Source of the DNA: Asterias rubens | Taxonomy: Eukaryota | DNA length: 64,000 nucleotides | NCBI RefSeq assembly: GCF_902459465.1 | Contig: NC_047063.1 | Span: 17,856,001 to 17,920,000 of the forward strand | Direction: 5' to 3' | Part shown: positions 1 to 15,500 of the stretch, piece by piece | How positions within the stretch are numbered: the stretch's first letter is position 1 | Layout of the letters: each line of letters begins with the position of its first letter | Position numbers and translations under genes: made by a program | Notes under the pieces: model-generated | What the model saw: only the letters and a program-made list of their open reading frames with translations | Database searches by the model: none | Told to the model about the DNA's origin: nothing

Positions 1-260
1 ATAGGTGGTGCCGCGCAGTCTGGGATTTTGCTGAACTTGAATATAAAAAGGAGTTTTACTATTAAGCCCTCTGCCCCGAATTCGGATACTCATAGCACTC
101 CTCCATGCTCATAGTTTCTTTTCGACCTATCGCGGGGGATCCCCGAGGGGCCTTGAAGGCTAGGGGGAAGGCACTAAACACTAACCTCTACAGCGGTTCG
201 GAACTTTTCGTGTGCTCTCGGAACATTCCGGCACGGTTCGCGACGATCCCCCACGTCCAC

Positions 261-570
261 GCAGCAGGTTTGGGGAGTTGTTACATAAGAGTGGACTAAC
301 CACTAGGACCTGGTTGTTAATGATTTCATGTCTAAAAGATGCAAGTACTGCTTTAGACCTCTTTATTCAAGTACATTTTGTAGCAGCAGGTTTGGGGAGT
401 TGTTACATAAGAGTGGACTAACCACTTGTTAATATTTTCATGTCTAAAAGATCAGTACTGCTTCAGACCTCTATATTAAAGTACATTTGTAGCAGCAGGT
501 TTGGGGAGTTGTTACATAAGAGTGGACTGACCTGACTAACCACTGGGACCTGGTTGATTATATTTTATGT
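261..570 (+). repeat. Imperfect tandem repeat, about 110-120 bp period, about 2.6 copies
   Basis: The 37-bp core gcagcaggtttggggagttgttacataagagtggact is identical at 261, 383 and 492. The intervening sequences are also homologous to each other. Confidence 0.9.
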
Positions 571-953
571 TTTAGCACGCCCACTACTAGTACTACCCTT
601 GGACCATCACAATGCATTAAAAAAAACATTATCGAATCAACAATTAATGAGAAAGGGGGAACTAGATTGAGAATACAAAGCAAGTCAAACTAATTTCAGA
701 GGAATGGTGACTGCGGCTAAAGTGTACATAAGGCATAGGTTGGTTGCGCAGTTCAATCATAAGATTGAGCAAATCCCGAGACTGCGCTCAACGTAATCTT
801 TTGTATGACCTCTGACATTAGATTGATCATATGACTTTCAACCTTGTTCCTACGTGGATAATTATTGCCGTTACTCGTAGCATCGCTTTGCTCGAATTTG
901 GGTACGAGTAGAATTATCTACTCGCCAGAGCCTAGCCGTATATTGGGATAGAC

Positions 954-1016
954 AGCGCCCTCTTGTGACCAACACATAGAGCACTCGTCCTTTTCGTTTC
1001 TTTGCAATCCACCAAA
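954..1016 (+). promoter_or_regulatory. RPS23 core promoter: AGCGCCCTC motif, TCT/5'TOP initiator and short 5'UTR
   Basis: TCCTTTTC at 988-995 begins a pyrimidine tract (ccttttcgtttctttg) about 27 nt before caaaATGG. This matches the TCT initiator/TOP typical of ribosomal protein genes. Confidence 0.75.
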
Positions 1017-4926
<3,910 letters not shown>

Positions 4927-5374
4927 AAACTCTTCAACTTCAACCGTCTTGACCAATTAAAACACATCAAGAACTCTTTGAACTTGTTGGACTTGAAAAG
5001 GACAGTTCCTCCTCCAGCATGTGAAATCGCAAAGTTTAAACATTCTTTGGATTGTCATTTTGGTTTAATTGGAAAGGATGGGATTGGAATTTTAGGTGCC
5101 TGATCTTTATCACATGGCAGCCACCTTTGTCTTGCTTTCTGTGTGCTTTAGATGTGATTCTTGTGCATAACAAAAAGGGGGCCGACAATTTCGGTTGTTG
5201 ATCTATGTTGATATGAAGTAAAGATGGCTGCTCTTTGATAAAGGTCTTGCTGGTTGGGTTTTTCTTGATTTAAAGGATTTAAATAAATAGACACATGTAA
5301 ATGTCTCGGTGAAAAGAAATGTTGTATTCATGACTTGCTTATTGGTGTGCCTTGGAACCTAGGACTGTCTAGTT

Positions 5375-5567
5375 ATGAGGTCTCTAAATCAAATTCAAAT
5401 AGTTTAGCGAGAAATTGCTTCTTTCTCAAAAACTATACGTTACTTTAGAGGGAGCTGTTTCTCACAATGTTTCATACTATCAACAGCTCTCCACTACTCG
5501 TTACCAAGTACGGTTTTATGCTAAATAACTATTTTGAGTAATTACCAATAGTGTGCATTGCCTTTAA
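5375..5567 (-). mobile_element. Family A Kolobok-like MITE, partial reverse copy
   Basis: Ends in ccaatagtgtgcattgcctttaa and matches the full copy at 26288-26662. Confidence 0.85.
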
Positions 5568-7769
5568 GTGGACTTATGCAGTTGCGGGAAATCGGCTGCT
5601 GGTTCACTCTTCTGCAGCATTGAGTTCCCAATCTAATACGTTTTCTGAGTTAAAAAAGCATTGAGCTTCCATTAAAAATATGGCTCTGTGGAGCCGCTCC
5701 CATGACCAAACCGACTCTACAAGTTGAGGCCTTAAGTTGTAGGCATTGACAGCTTATGTCTAGATAGTCCTGGTGCAAGATGTTGTTCATTATTACTCGA
5801 CTGTTGCGATTCCCCGCTCCGAAAAAATAACTATTAAACAGTAGCAGGCGCCGTTGGGAAAAGTTCCAGATCCCACCCACATATCGCACCAAACAGACAG
5901 GTTATCGGCTTCCAGAGAACGCCCACCATCGATGGGATTATCGCAATGTGTGTAGTGTTGAGTGTATGTAGGCCCTATGGTTTTACAGACTCAACCGGAA
6001 CATTTTGCACCAAGACTATTTTTTGTGAAAACTTTATTATCACATGGTGCTGCATCCAATATTTTATTGTGTGAATGAAGACGCCACAGTCCTGACACAA
6101 CACATCAAGCAATGCTTTCACTCGATATAACACATTGTTACAGATCTTTATTAAACATAGATGTACATTTACAATAATCACATTAATAAAGGGCCTCAGA
6201 TTACAGCCCTGCTTTCCTACAAGTATAATGTACACTTTCAGTAGCAGCTGCAGCAAATCTGCCCTTAAACTATATAAAAAAAGCGTGAACACCAAAGCTT
6301 GGCGCTTTTCTTTTTATTAGATAGGCCTGTCCTAGCCCTGGTAGAACATCGATCTCTGTTGCACAGTCTGTCGTGTTGTATGCAATGGAGGTGTCCAACC
6401 TGGGCTAGGCCTGTCCCTAATTTTGCGTGTGCTTGGAAACTATTACTTGGATGTACATGTACAATAGGCATTTTAGAACATTGTGTCACTCGGCCCTAAC
6501 CACTCAAGATCCATCAACCTCAAACTGCATGATTTGTTAGATTCTGATGGACTGATGATTGCACTGGTCAGTAAACTGATCATTCTATACATGGGATGAG
6601 GAAGACCATAATCAAATTCCGACAGTTTGTGTGGTGGGTTTTGCTGGGAGTGAGGAAGGGTCCTTGTGAATCAACCTCAGAGGAGTATACAAGTTACCAA
6701 GATTTCACAATGACTAGAACAAGTATTGTCGACTGGTTACTAAAACACAATCTTTTCAGTTGATTTGTGCAATTCATTATCATAGTAGACATTACACCAA
6801 TGTTTGTATGGGAGAGGTTGGCTGTTGCAAACTCTGTGTTTATGTCCCTTTGCAGGAGTTTACAGATTTCTATTGACACGAAGATCATCTTCGCTACGAG
6901 CATATTGTACACGAACTGATAACTTGGTCTCTGCATTTTCCAATTTAGCAGGCACTCTCCCCAAAACACACCCCCCCCTAAAAAAAGAAAGAAAGTTTCT
7001 TAGTGCTCTGCAAGTTTCACCACTACATATGAAGATTGGGGTTTATCCCTAAAGCAATGTTGTCACAAAGTAGGAAACAATACAAGTTATACAGGCACAT
7101 AAAACATCATTAAATCTGTCATAACAATCATTAAAATAAGTTAAAAATTGTAATGTCCCTGGACACGGAAAGATCGTTAATTAGGTTTTGGGCCTAGGTG
7201 TCAGAAATGGTATCGCCAAGTGACAGTATGGGCGGAGCAGTGATTAATTAGTGTTGCACTCTGGAATACCCTCATGCTAAATGAATGTAAACATGGAGGT
7301 TGAAATCACCAAAATTGTGGAAATTGTGCTGTAACTTTTGTATTAATCACATAAACCTATTATGCATTTAGTTAAATTTATACTCGACATACATAAGATG
7401 TCATATGTGCCAGAGAGTGCAAACCCTCATGTCCCATTCTAAAACACACTTTTCCCCTCTTGTACAGAAGAACCCCCCCCCCCCTTTCTCAAGTGTTTTT
7501 TTTTTGTGGGGGGGACACCATGCCACATATCGAGCACCAAATACCGACATATACAAAAGTCCAAACTAATCAGCTGTTGGAACCATCATTTCACTTCAAT
7601 ATTTTAATTATCTACAAGGATATAAAGTTGGTCATGAAACAGTAGCTGGATACTCAAAAGGTACCATGATGCAGCATGCGATGGCTAGTTCGACTGCTGT
7701 TTCCTGTCTCACAGTTTTCTGTTCAATTTTTCTTATGGTACACGCATGATCAGGAGCATTGGTTCTTCA

Positions 7770-10700
7770 TCATTGGTACTGTGTTGATGAGCCGAAGGAC
7801 GGGGACTTGGGGCCAAGCTGAGAGGGGTCTTCCATCTGTGGATTAACTGTAGAAAGAAAGAAGAAAACAATTTATTTTTTATTTTTAGGCATTATTGAGG
7901 CACTAATTAACCACAGAGAGACTGGTTGTCGGAGTTGGAAGAAACTGTGGCAAAGGCTCCTCAAGACCATTCAACTGCATGATCTGAACATCCACTTACA
8001 GGAAATGACCACCAAAATTTTGTCATTACCTTCTTTTTGGTAAAATTATAATGAACCAGGCTGGGCACAATTATTGGGTGTTTTTGTTTGCAAATAGAGA
8101 GGTTTCGCAAGCATATAACCGTATCCGTTCACATCAGCCACGTGTTGAATTTTGTTTCGCAAACTATAGGTATGTTTCACTTGAGTGCGCTCGCATTCAT
8201 CATGAGTGATTTTCTGAAATACATGACCGATTAGAGACACCGTGTTTTATACACTGCATTTTCTCATCGTTTTGCTTGCAAATGACTAAAAAATTATATC
8301 TATATCAAGCACGATGTGAAAGCTATTCTGTGGGAAATGTTTTTGATCTGAGACAAAAATACAAATAAAAAGTCTGCAAAACAGTATCCGTTTATCTACG
8401 ATGTGTATGAACTCCCGTATTCGTTATGCAAAATACGATAGTCGCGGATACGCGTCATGTAAACACACAAAGTGTCGACGTATCAGTATCTGTATGTGTA
8501 TCCGTACACTTGCGAAACCTCTCTATTAGCTCCCCAAATTCCTCTTTTCCATTCTGAAAACTGTGCGGTCATGCAAAGTTTATATCTTGTATTACAACTA
8601 TTTTTTTAAAGGGATTTAAACTGGTTGCTAGCAATAGGTTGGCGCATGAAAGAGTTGAAAAATGTTTAAAACCCCTTCAGTCACTAATTTCATCTGGGTG
8701 GCCCAGTCAGTGACAACCACTGGTCTCCAATGGATCCCTGCATGTACAATAACAAACAAAACAGTAAATTTAGCTAACTGCTTCACAGTCTTTTGAAATA
8801 TATCCCCACCCACCACCCACCGAACCATACCTGGTCTGAACTGATCAGCAGACATTCTTGTCATGAGGATTCCGATTCCTTCAATCATCGCCAATAAAAT
8901 ACCACCTGGAGAGAGGAAGATAAGACAAAGAAGATAACTCTTAAGTGTTTGAAACCTCGTAAATATCTCTAAATTCAAAGTCATTCTGGACCTTTATCCT
9001 ATTTATTTATTTATAAGTTCTGGGTTTAAAGCCAAGGATTCTCAGTAAAAGCAAACTTAAATCACTTGGCAGGAAATTACAAGCCAAGAAATCACATAGA
9101 GAAAACAACGAAGGAAGTTTAAATTTTAGATGTCGGAGGAAAACTTCAGAAAACTTCAGACAAATGCAATCAGGTTGGGTTCTTTTATGTGCACTACCAA
9201 TCCTAGAACACAGGATCTAGGGTAAAGCAATTATCGAAAATCATCTTGCTCAGGAGCACAAGTCATGACTGACTCGAACTTGACTCTGCTGATCAGAAAT
9301 TAGCAGAGCTTGAGTCCGGTGCTCTTCATCGCTCCGCTACGACACACCACTTATGAGATATTAAGGAAGACTTTGAACTTCCATCAAAACTCTGGTAAAA
9401 ATCTACTTGCCTATCGCTGCTGAGCCGGCCATGGCAACTGCTCCATCTAGGAAAGAGAAATATGAATTACAAAATAACTTATGTGTTTATGTTATGAATA
9501 GGATTGCGCATCTTTGTTTATCTCTACTAAATGGTTAAACTTAACTTGGGTCTTCCGGTTCGGTTAACCATTTCTACCGATTCCAATCAGAACTATGGGT
9601 CAATCTGTAAAAAGGGAAACATTTCAATACATTTTTTCCAGGAGCAACAAGGATTAAAAATAGAACCCAACAGCCAATTTTCAGAGTCACAAAACCACAA
9701 ATGTGGCAGCGTACGAAGCAAAATGTATAACGAATTGCAGGTAATAAAACGTTTTTTATAAGAGGTATAACATAAGACAGTTCCACCACGAAACAGTGAG
9801 ATGTAAATCATTCTCACTAGACAGCTTCTGGGGTGAACATTTTCAAGAAAATGAAGGTCTCTTTAATTTGTAAAACTGTGAGCTTCGGTTTTGTTTTGTT
9901 TTCATTTTACTGTAGGTTTTATTTAACTTTTTAGGTAATTTGAAAACAGATTTTATCATTGTGTTACAGTTTAACAGTTAACCAATTAAACTTCCCAACC
10001 CTGCAGTTATAAACTATTGATGAGTAAATTGAAGCTCTTTTTATTCAACTAATGTTTGTTTCATTACCAAGGAAAACAAATAAAAAACATAAAACACCAA
10101 CGTCGCTTCAATGTAAAATCTAATCTTAAAAATGTAATGTGGGTCAACACTTACTTCTTGCAGCTAAAACGGCACCAGTCAATGCCCCGCTTGTGATGGA
10201 GTTCCAGGGGTCTTCCTTCTTACGGATGTGAACCAGCGCACAGTCAAATGTTGAGAACAGACCACCCCAGACTGCAAAATTTCCTGCAAGAAAAAAATTT
10301 TTAAAATAAATAAATACTTTTTTGAAATTACAAATATGTGATCATTTATAGGAGTATCCAATATTGACTAAATCAGATAAATATTCCTATGTATGCAGCT
10401 TGTGCGTGCAACGTGAGACTTTCCAACGCTAGGTGGCAGCAGACTTACCGGGTAATTTCCATTGTTTACGTAGTTCTGAACATGCCCATAATGCTGAGAA
10501 CAATGGCTTTACACGGTAGGTCTGCTGCCACATATCGTCACAGAAAGTCTCCTGTTGCTATAATAATAATAATAATAGTGGCTTCTAATTATAGTGCACA
10601 ATTCCGTCTCATCCAGACTTACATGGTGCTAACCATACTGAAAAGAAAAGTAAAGTCACTTAGAATAAAGAGAATCACTCACCTCCGACTATAGGTGCTT

Positions 10701-12304
10701 TGTGTTTTACTGTTGAAAAACTTCCGATCAGTCTTTGTGTGAAACCCTGAAAAAACAAAATACAAATCATTGAATATAATTTCCGACAACAAACTATGCA
10801 ATGCATTGTCTCGTCTTAAAATAGGTGTTAAGAATGACCATCCGGGGTTTGAACCTTTTGACCATAGGAAGTGCAGCTCAACATTTTAACTGGAAAATAC
10901 TATTTTTTTTCAAGATCAGAATCGAAATGAGAAAATCTGCAGTTTATTGGGGCCGGCCCTGATGTCAGAAAGAATTTTAAGTCGGGCCTTGAATTTTCAT
11001 TCTTGAAGGGGCACAGCAATTTTCCCCTCTAGAAAGGGACACTTCTGTGAGGAAAATGTGTCAATTTGTACAGGAGCCTTGAAAAGGGCACCTCAGCAAA
11101 AGCACGGAGTACCACAGCAATACCTATGGGTGCCGCGGATTATTTCACTTACAGACGGTGCATTTCTTGCTCCAAGGATTGAGTGAACAACACCTCCACC
11201 GATGCATCCCATAGAGAAGGCACCTCCACAATCATCCACTATCCTCCATGGACTGGAAGGTTCAAAACAGAAGAGAAAAACATGCGTCAATATTTATGCA
11301 ACTTTATGAAGAAAACAATACTTCTTTCTTCCATGTAGGAAACTTTAGCCTTTTTTTTTATAAATGCTTAGATTATCATTATTATTATTTTTCACTCCGC
11401 TATACTGTGGGTCATCTATCTGTCCATCTTAAAAAGTAACTAACAAAACAACGCACTTCGCTGATTCTGAATCTAAATAGTCCGCAAAAATGGAATTTTC
11501 ACACCAACTTTGTAAAGTCTTGAAGTAGACAATGAAGACACATATCAGTTTGAGATGAGAGGAAAACAATTGCTTCAAATTTTTTTGGAACTGATAATCG
11601 GTCATATAACGAAAGGAAAAATACCCATATCATGATCCTGCCACCAGCTGATCAGCACCAGTTACCACTTTCAAGTTCCATTACGACGTTAGTTATTAAA
11701 ATATAAATTTAGTTGCGATAACGTAACCCTCCTCCCGACGGCGCTGTCGGGAGGAGAATTACGTTATCGCAACTAACAACACATGACTAATATAAATTAT
11801 AATATTGATACTAGATAGTCTATTTAATTTAGGCCTATAGAGTATAGTATAGTATTAATTATTAAATAATACATACTTCTAAACAATTAGAATAGAAAAA
11901 AGATGTTCCTTTTGGTTAAAATGAGTAAAAAGGCGGTGGCAGGATACGGGAAATCTTTCCCATTTCCAAATCTAGCATTACTAGCCGTGCAGCAGACACT
12001 GCTGACGGACAGGGCTAATGCAAACCAGCACTGGCACAGCAGCTCAGTTCAATCAGAGGGCAGAGATGCAGATGATGTAATAATTGTAACGTTCACTGAT
12101 TTTTTTACCCTAATTTCTAATTGACTTTCCGGGTAAAAAGCTCGACGCGGATAATCAAAACTTAAAATTAAGAAATTTCTCGAATCAGGTACTTTTGGTG
12201 ACTTCCCTGTTTATATTTTCTTCTCACAAGTAAAGCCTAAAGTTGTTTTTTATAGTCTTATTTCACCGGCAAACTCACCAAGGTTCACGTGCGTATTCTT
12301 CCAT
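7770..12304 (-). CDS. TIMM17: Mitochondrial import inner membrane translocase subunit Tim17, 7 exons, 168 aa
   Basis: Exons in transcript order: 12304-12279, 11252-11153, 10746-10683, 10283-10155, 9446-9411 (GC donor), 8905-8831, 7846-7770, total 507 nt. Translation: [29 protein letters not shown]...[94 protein letters not shown]...TQYQ*. Confidence 0.98.
8086..8527. mobile_element. Non-autonomous TIR element
   Basis: 19-bp terminal inverted repeat aatagagaggtttcgcaag / cttgcgaaacctctctatt, in the last TIMM17 intron. Confidence 0.75.
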
Positions 12305-12508
12305 TTTTCTGGTTGTTGCCTAATTAGTTATAGCGCCCTCAATATTAAGAAAAAGAATGGGTCTCAAGAGGGCGCTATAATTGAACACAAAAAGTTACGC
12401 GCGCTCAAAGTCAAAGGGTAATGAATGTTCATGTTTTCAGAAACCAAAGTTCACATGATTTAAAAAACTTACTTTCGGTAAAGTTTAATCAGAGGAATTT
12501 GGTTTAAA
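12305..12508. promoter_or_regulatory. Bidirectional promoter/5'UTR region between TIMM17 and RAD18
   Basis: Only 204 bp separate the divergent ATGs. Contains a 13-bp inverted repeat ttatagcgccctc (12328-12340) / gagggcgctataa (12368-12380). Confidence 0.8.
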
Positions 12509-15500
12509 ATGGCACTGACAGATCCGACTGACTGGCCAGGGTCGATGCCCGATCTTCGGGTAAGCTACGATTTTAGTTTTACTTAGAGTTCGTTCAGTAA
12601 ATGATCATATTGGCTTGCTTGCAAGAAGTAAGAAACCCGTATATAAGAACTGCACCACCACCAGGTGTCAGCAGTGTGGAGAATCACGTTTACTTTGGTT
12701 TGTACTCGGCAGGATCCACAAGTTTGGAAGTAAAGCTTTCTCTCAGTTTAGCTAGCTAGTCTAAACATTCCTAAACTGAAATATTCATTGTTTGTGTTCA
12801 GTTATTGGTATAAAGTGTAATTCAGGTAGTGTCATGTATAACTTTCCGTACGGTATAGCACCACCACTTTTTCACTCATTTTAAATTTTTCAAAAACTTA
12901 AAGGGATATCTCAATCATTGAGGTAAATTGGACACTAGGCCTATATTATTTCATATCGAATGAAAAAGTGGTGGCGCCTAGCTTACGGAAACTTTTCCAG
13001 TGTCATACTGCTTCACTGCATTAGGGTAAACTTTGGTCCAAGTAAACTTGATTCGAAGTCGACTTGGTCGAGTGTATAAACATGGTGAACTTTACTCGGA
13101 TAACTTTCCGTATGGCGCCACCACTTTGTCACTCATTTTTACAAAAAGGGATATATCAATCAGGTAAATAAGTTACTATATTATTTCATATCGAATGAAA
13201 AAGTGGTGGCGCCATACGGAAACTTTTCCCTTTACTCAATTAACTTGCTTCATAATAAGTTTCCCTAAAATTTGAAAACACTTTCACAAAGGTGTTCTTT
13301 AATTTGTTATAATTTAGTATTTTATCAGTATAAACCACAAGGGAAACTGACTGGGTAAATTTTGAAATGATTTTTGGGGTTGAACAAAGAATTGACTGGA
13401 GTGGGATTCGAACCAACGACCTCCGGATTAACGTAGGTCGTTGGTTCGAATCCCACTCTAGTCAATTCTTTGTTCAACCCCAAAAATCAATTTAGTATTT
13501 TTGTAAAACTAACATGTAAGTTTACTTTATATATGTTTTCAACAAAATATTGTTTATTATTTAGTTTTAAAACTTTTACTCATTACTGTGTTCTAATGGT
13601 AACAATTGTTATTTACAGAAATAAAAAAGAAACATCTTCACTGCTAGTGTAAAAATAAATTTCTACAATTTTGTTTCACTTTGTTTCACTTTGTTTCACT
13701 TAACAATGCTTTATATTTCATTTTTCCGACCAAGTTGACCACTGACCGATATGACATGAATTGAATCCACTTATGACACCATCACACATCACAAGAAGAG
13801 GAAGCAGTGGTTCTGGTTACTGACCTGGGTCCGATGACAATCTTCTAGATTAGCTTGTAGCTCCTTTTTCTGTCTCCTTCTTCTGTCTTAAGTTCTATTG
13901 CCTCCTGAGTAGGAGTAAAATGCTGCAGCCAGAGCCAATCTGCGACATGAATGAATTTAGGAATTATGAGCCCACTGGGAAGTTAAAGTGTGATACCACT
14001 ATCATTACAGTCACTGCCACGTCTTGTAAGACCATCGGTCATCAGATTTCTAGTTAAGTAAAATTGTTCTTCTTTTTCAGACAATCGACAATCTGCTTCG
14101 ATGTTCCATTTGCTTCGAGTATCTCAATATAGCTATGATAATTCCAGCCTGTTCTCATAACTGTAAGTAGAAAATCCAGAGCAGAGTAAAGCACATGTGC
14201 TGTATCTTGGTACAATACAAGTATAATAACAAGTGGCGTGTCATGGCCGAGTGGTTAAGAGCACCGGATTCAAGCTCTGGTGTTTGATCGGCAGAGTGTG
14301 GTTCATAATTGGGGAGGTAGTGCATTCTGCTCTACCGCCTAGGCTTCGGATTGAGGATACCCAAGCCTATATCCGTATGGACTGTAAAGGGCAAAGGGGG
14401 TAACCCTGATTCAGCCCTAGAAAGAAAAAAAAAAAAAAAAAAGTAAATGCAAATCAACTAGTCATCATGAATGGGTAACCCACTCAGCATTTTCGCTTAG
14501 CATAAACCTCAATCCTCATTATTTCACTAATACACTTTGACTTTGTTTTGATTTTCCACTCCCAGACTGCTCGCTGTGCATCCGACGGTACTTGAAGTAC
14601 AAGCGTCAATGTCCATCTTGTAACGTTGAAGTCAGCACCGCTCAGCTTTGTAACAACAGAACTCTGGATGAACTAGTCCGAACATTTGTTGCCATCAGGT
14701 AAATAGCAAAAATGATAAATCCTCTCTATTGCCCTTTTTCAAACGTCGGCTTTGGATTCGGCTAGCCTGGCCCCGTCGGTTGATTTGACAATGTGCGTGC
14801 TTTATGTATACACGCTCAGGGCTTAACAGAGCCTCAAGCCGAATCCAAAGCTGAAGCTGTGGTTTGGAAAAGGGCCTATGGTTAGTTTGAATCATGACTT
14901 AAAGGCAGAATGAATGACAGTAGCAGTTATCACAATGGTTGTGAATCAAATGGACGTGCAGAGCCGTATGATCTTATTGCAGTAGTTTCCAAACCTCACA
15001 CACTTAGGCCGGGTCCGAATTGGTGGCTCTGGCTGCGGCTACGACCATTGCTAGGGGTGTTGCTAAGGGTGTCCTATACTTCAATGCATGATGACGCGGC
15101 GATCCGGCCGTAGCCGTAGCCGCCAATTCGGATACGGCCTTACTCTGACCTCTGAGTCATGTTGCCCTTACCTACACACATCCCCTACCCCACACCAACC
15201 CTTACCCCAGATCCAATATTACCCTCACACCCAAGCCCTTCCCCACGCCCTATACCCTCACCCAACCCTTACCTCAAAATACAAGCATACAAAAAAACAC
15301 ACAGGTTTGTTTGATTGTATAAATCTACATTTACATACCATTTAAACAATCAGACGGTTCAGCCCGGTTCATACTTCCTGCGAATGCGAGTTGTGAAGAG
15401 AATTTTGGTGACGCAACAATCGGTACGCGCTAAATTTCCCTTTGTGACGCAATTTCGTTGCAATGAAATTCGCATCACAATAAGCATTCGCAGAAAGTAT

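Noticed and set aside
261-570. CRISPR-like look (37-bp identical repeats with spacers)
   Set aside because: The spacers are 70-85 bp and homologous to each other, there are no cas genes, and the context is eukaryotic. It is a minisatellite.
6550-6620. C/D-box-like TGATGA...CTGA
   Set aside because: It lies in a probable 3'UTR, with no terminal stem, no good D box and no recognisable rRNA antisense element.
13400-13460. tRNA gene (ggttcgaatccc motifs here and at about 14240, 21090, 29890, 31660, 42620)
   Set aside because: None forms a complete cloverleaf. They are tRNA-derived SINE heads.
15170-15275. Interstitial telomere-like repeat
   Set aside because: It is only a degenerate C/A-rich low-complexity tract with no run of exact CCCTAA units. 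The tract at about 57920-58230 is similar.
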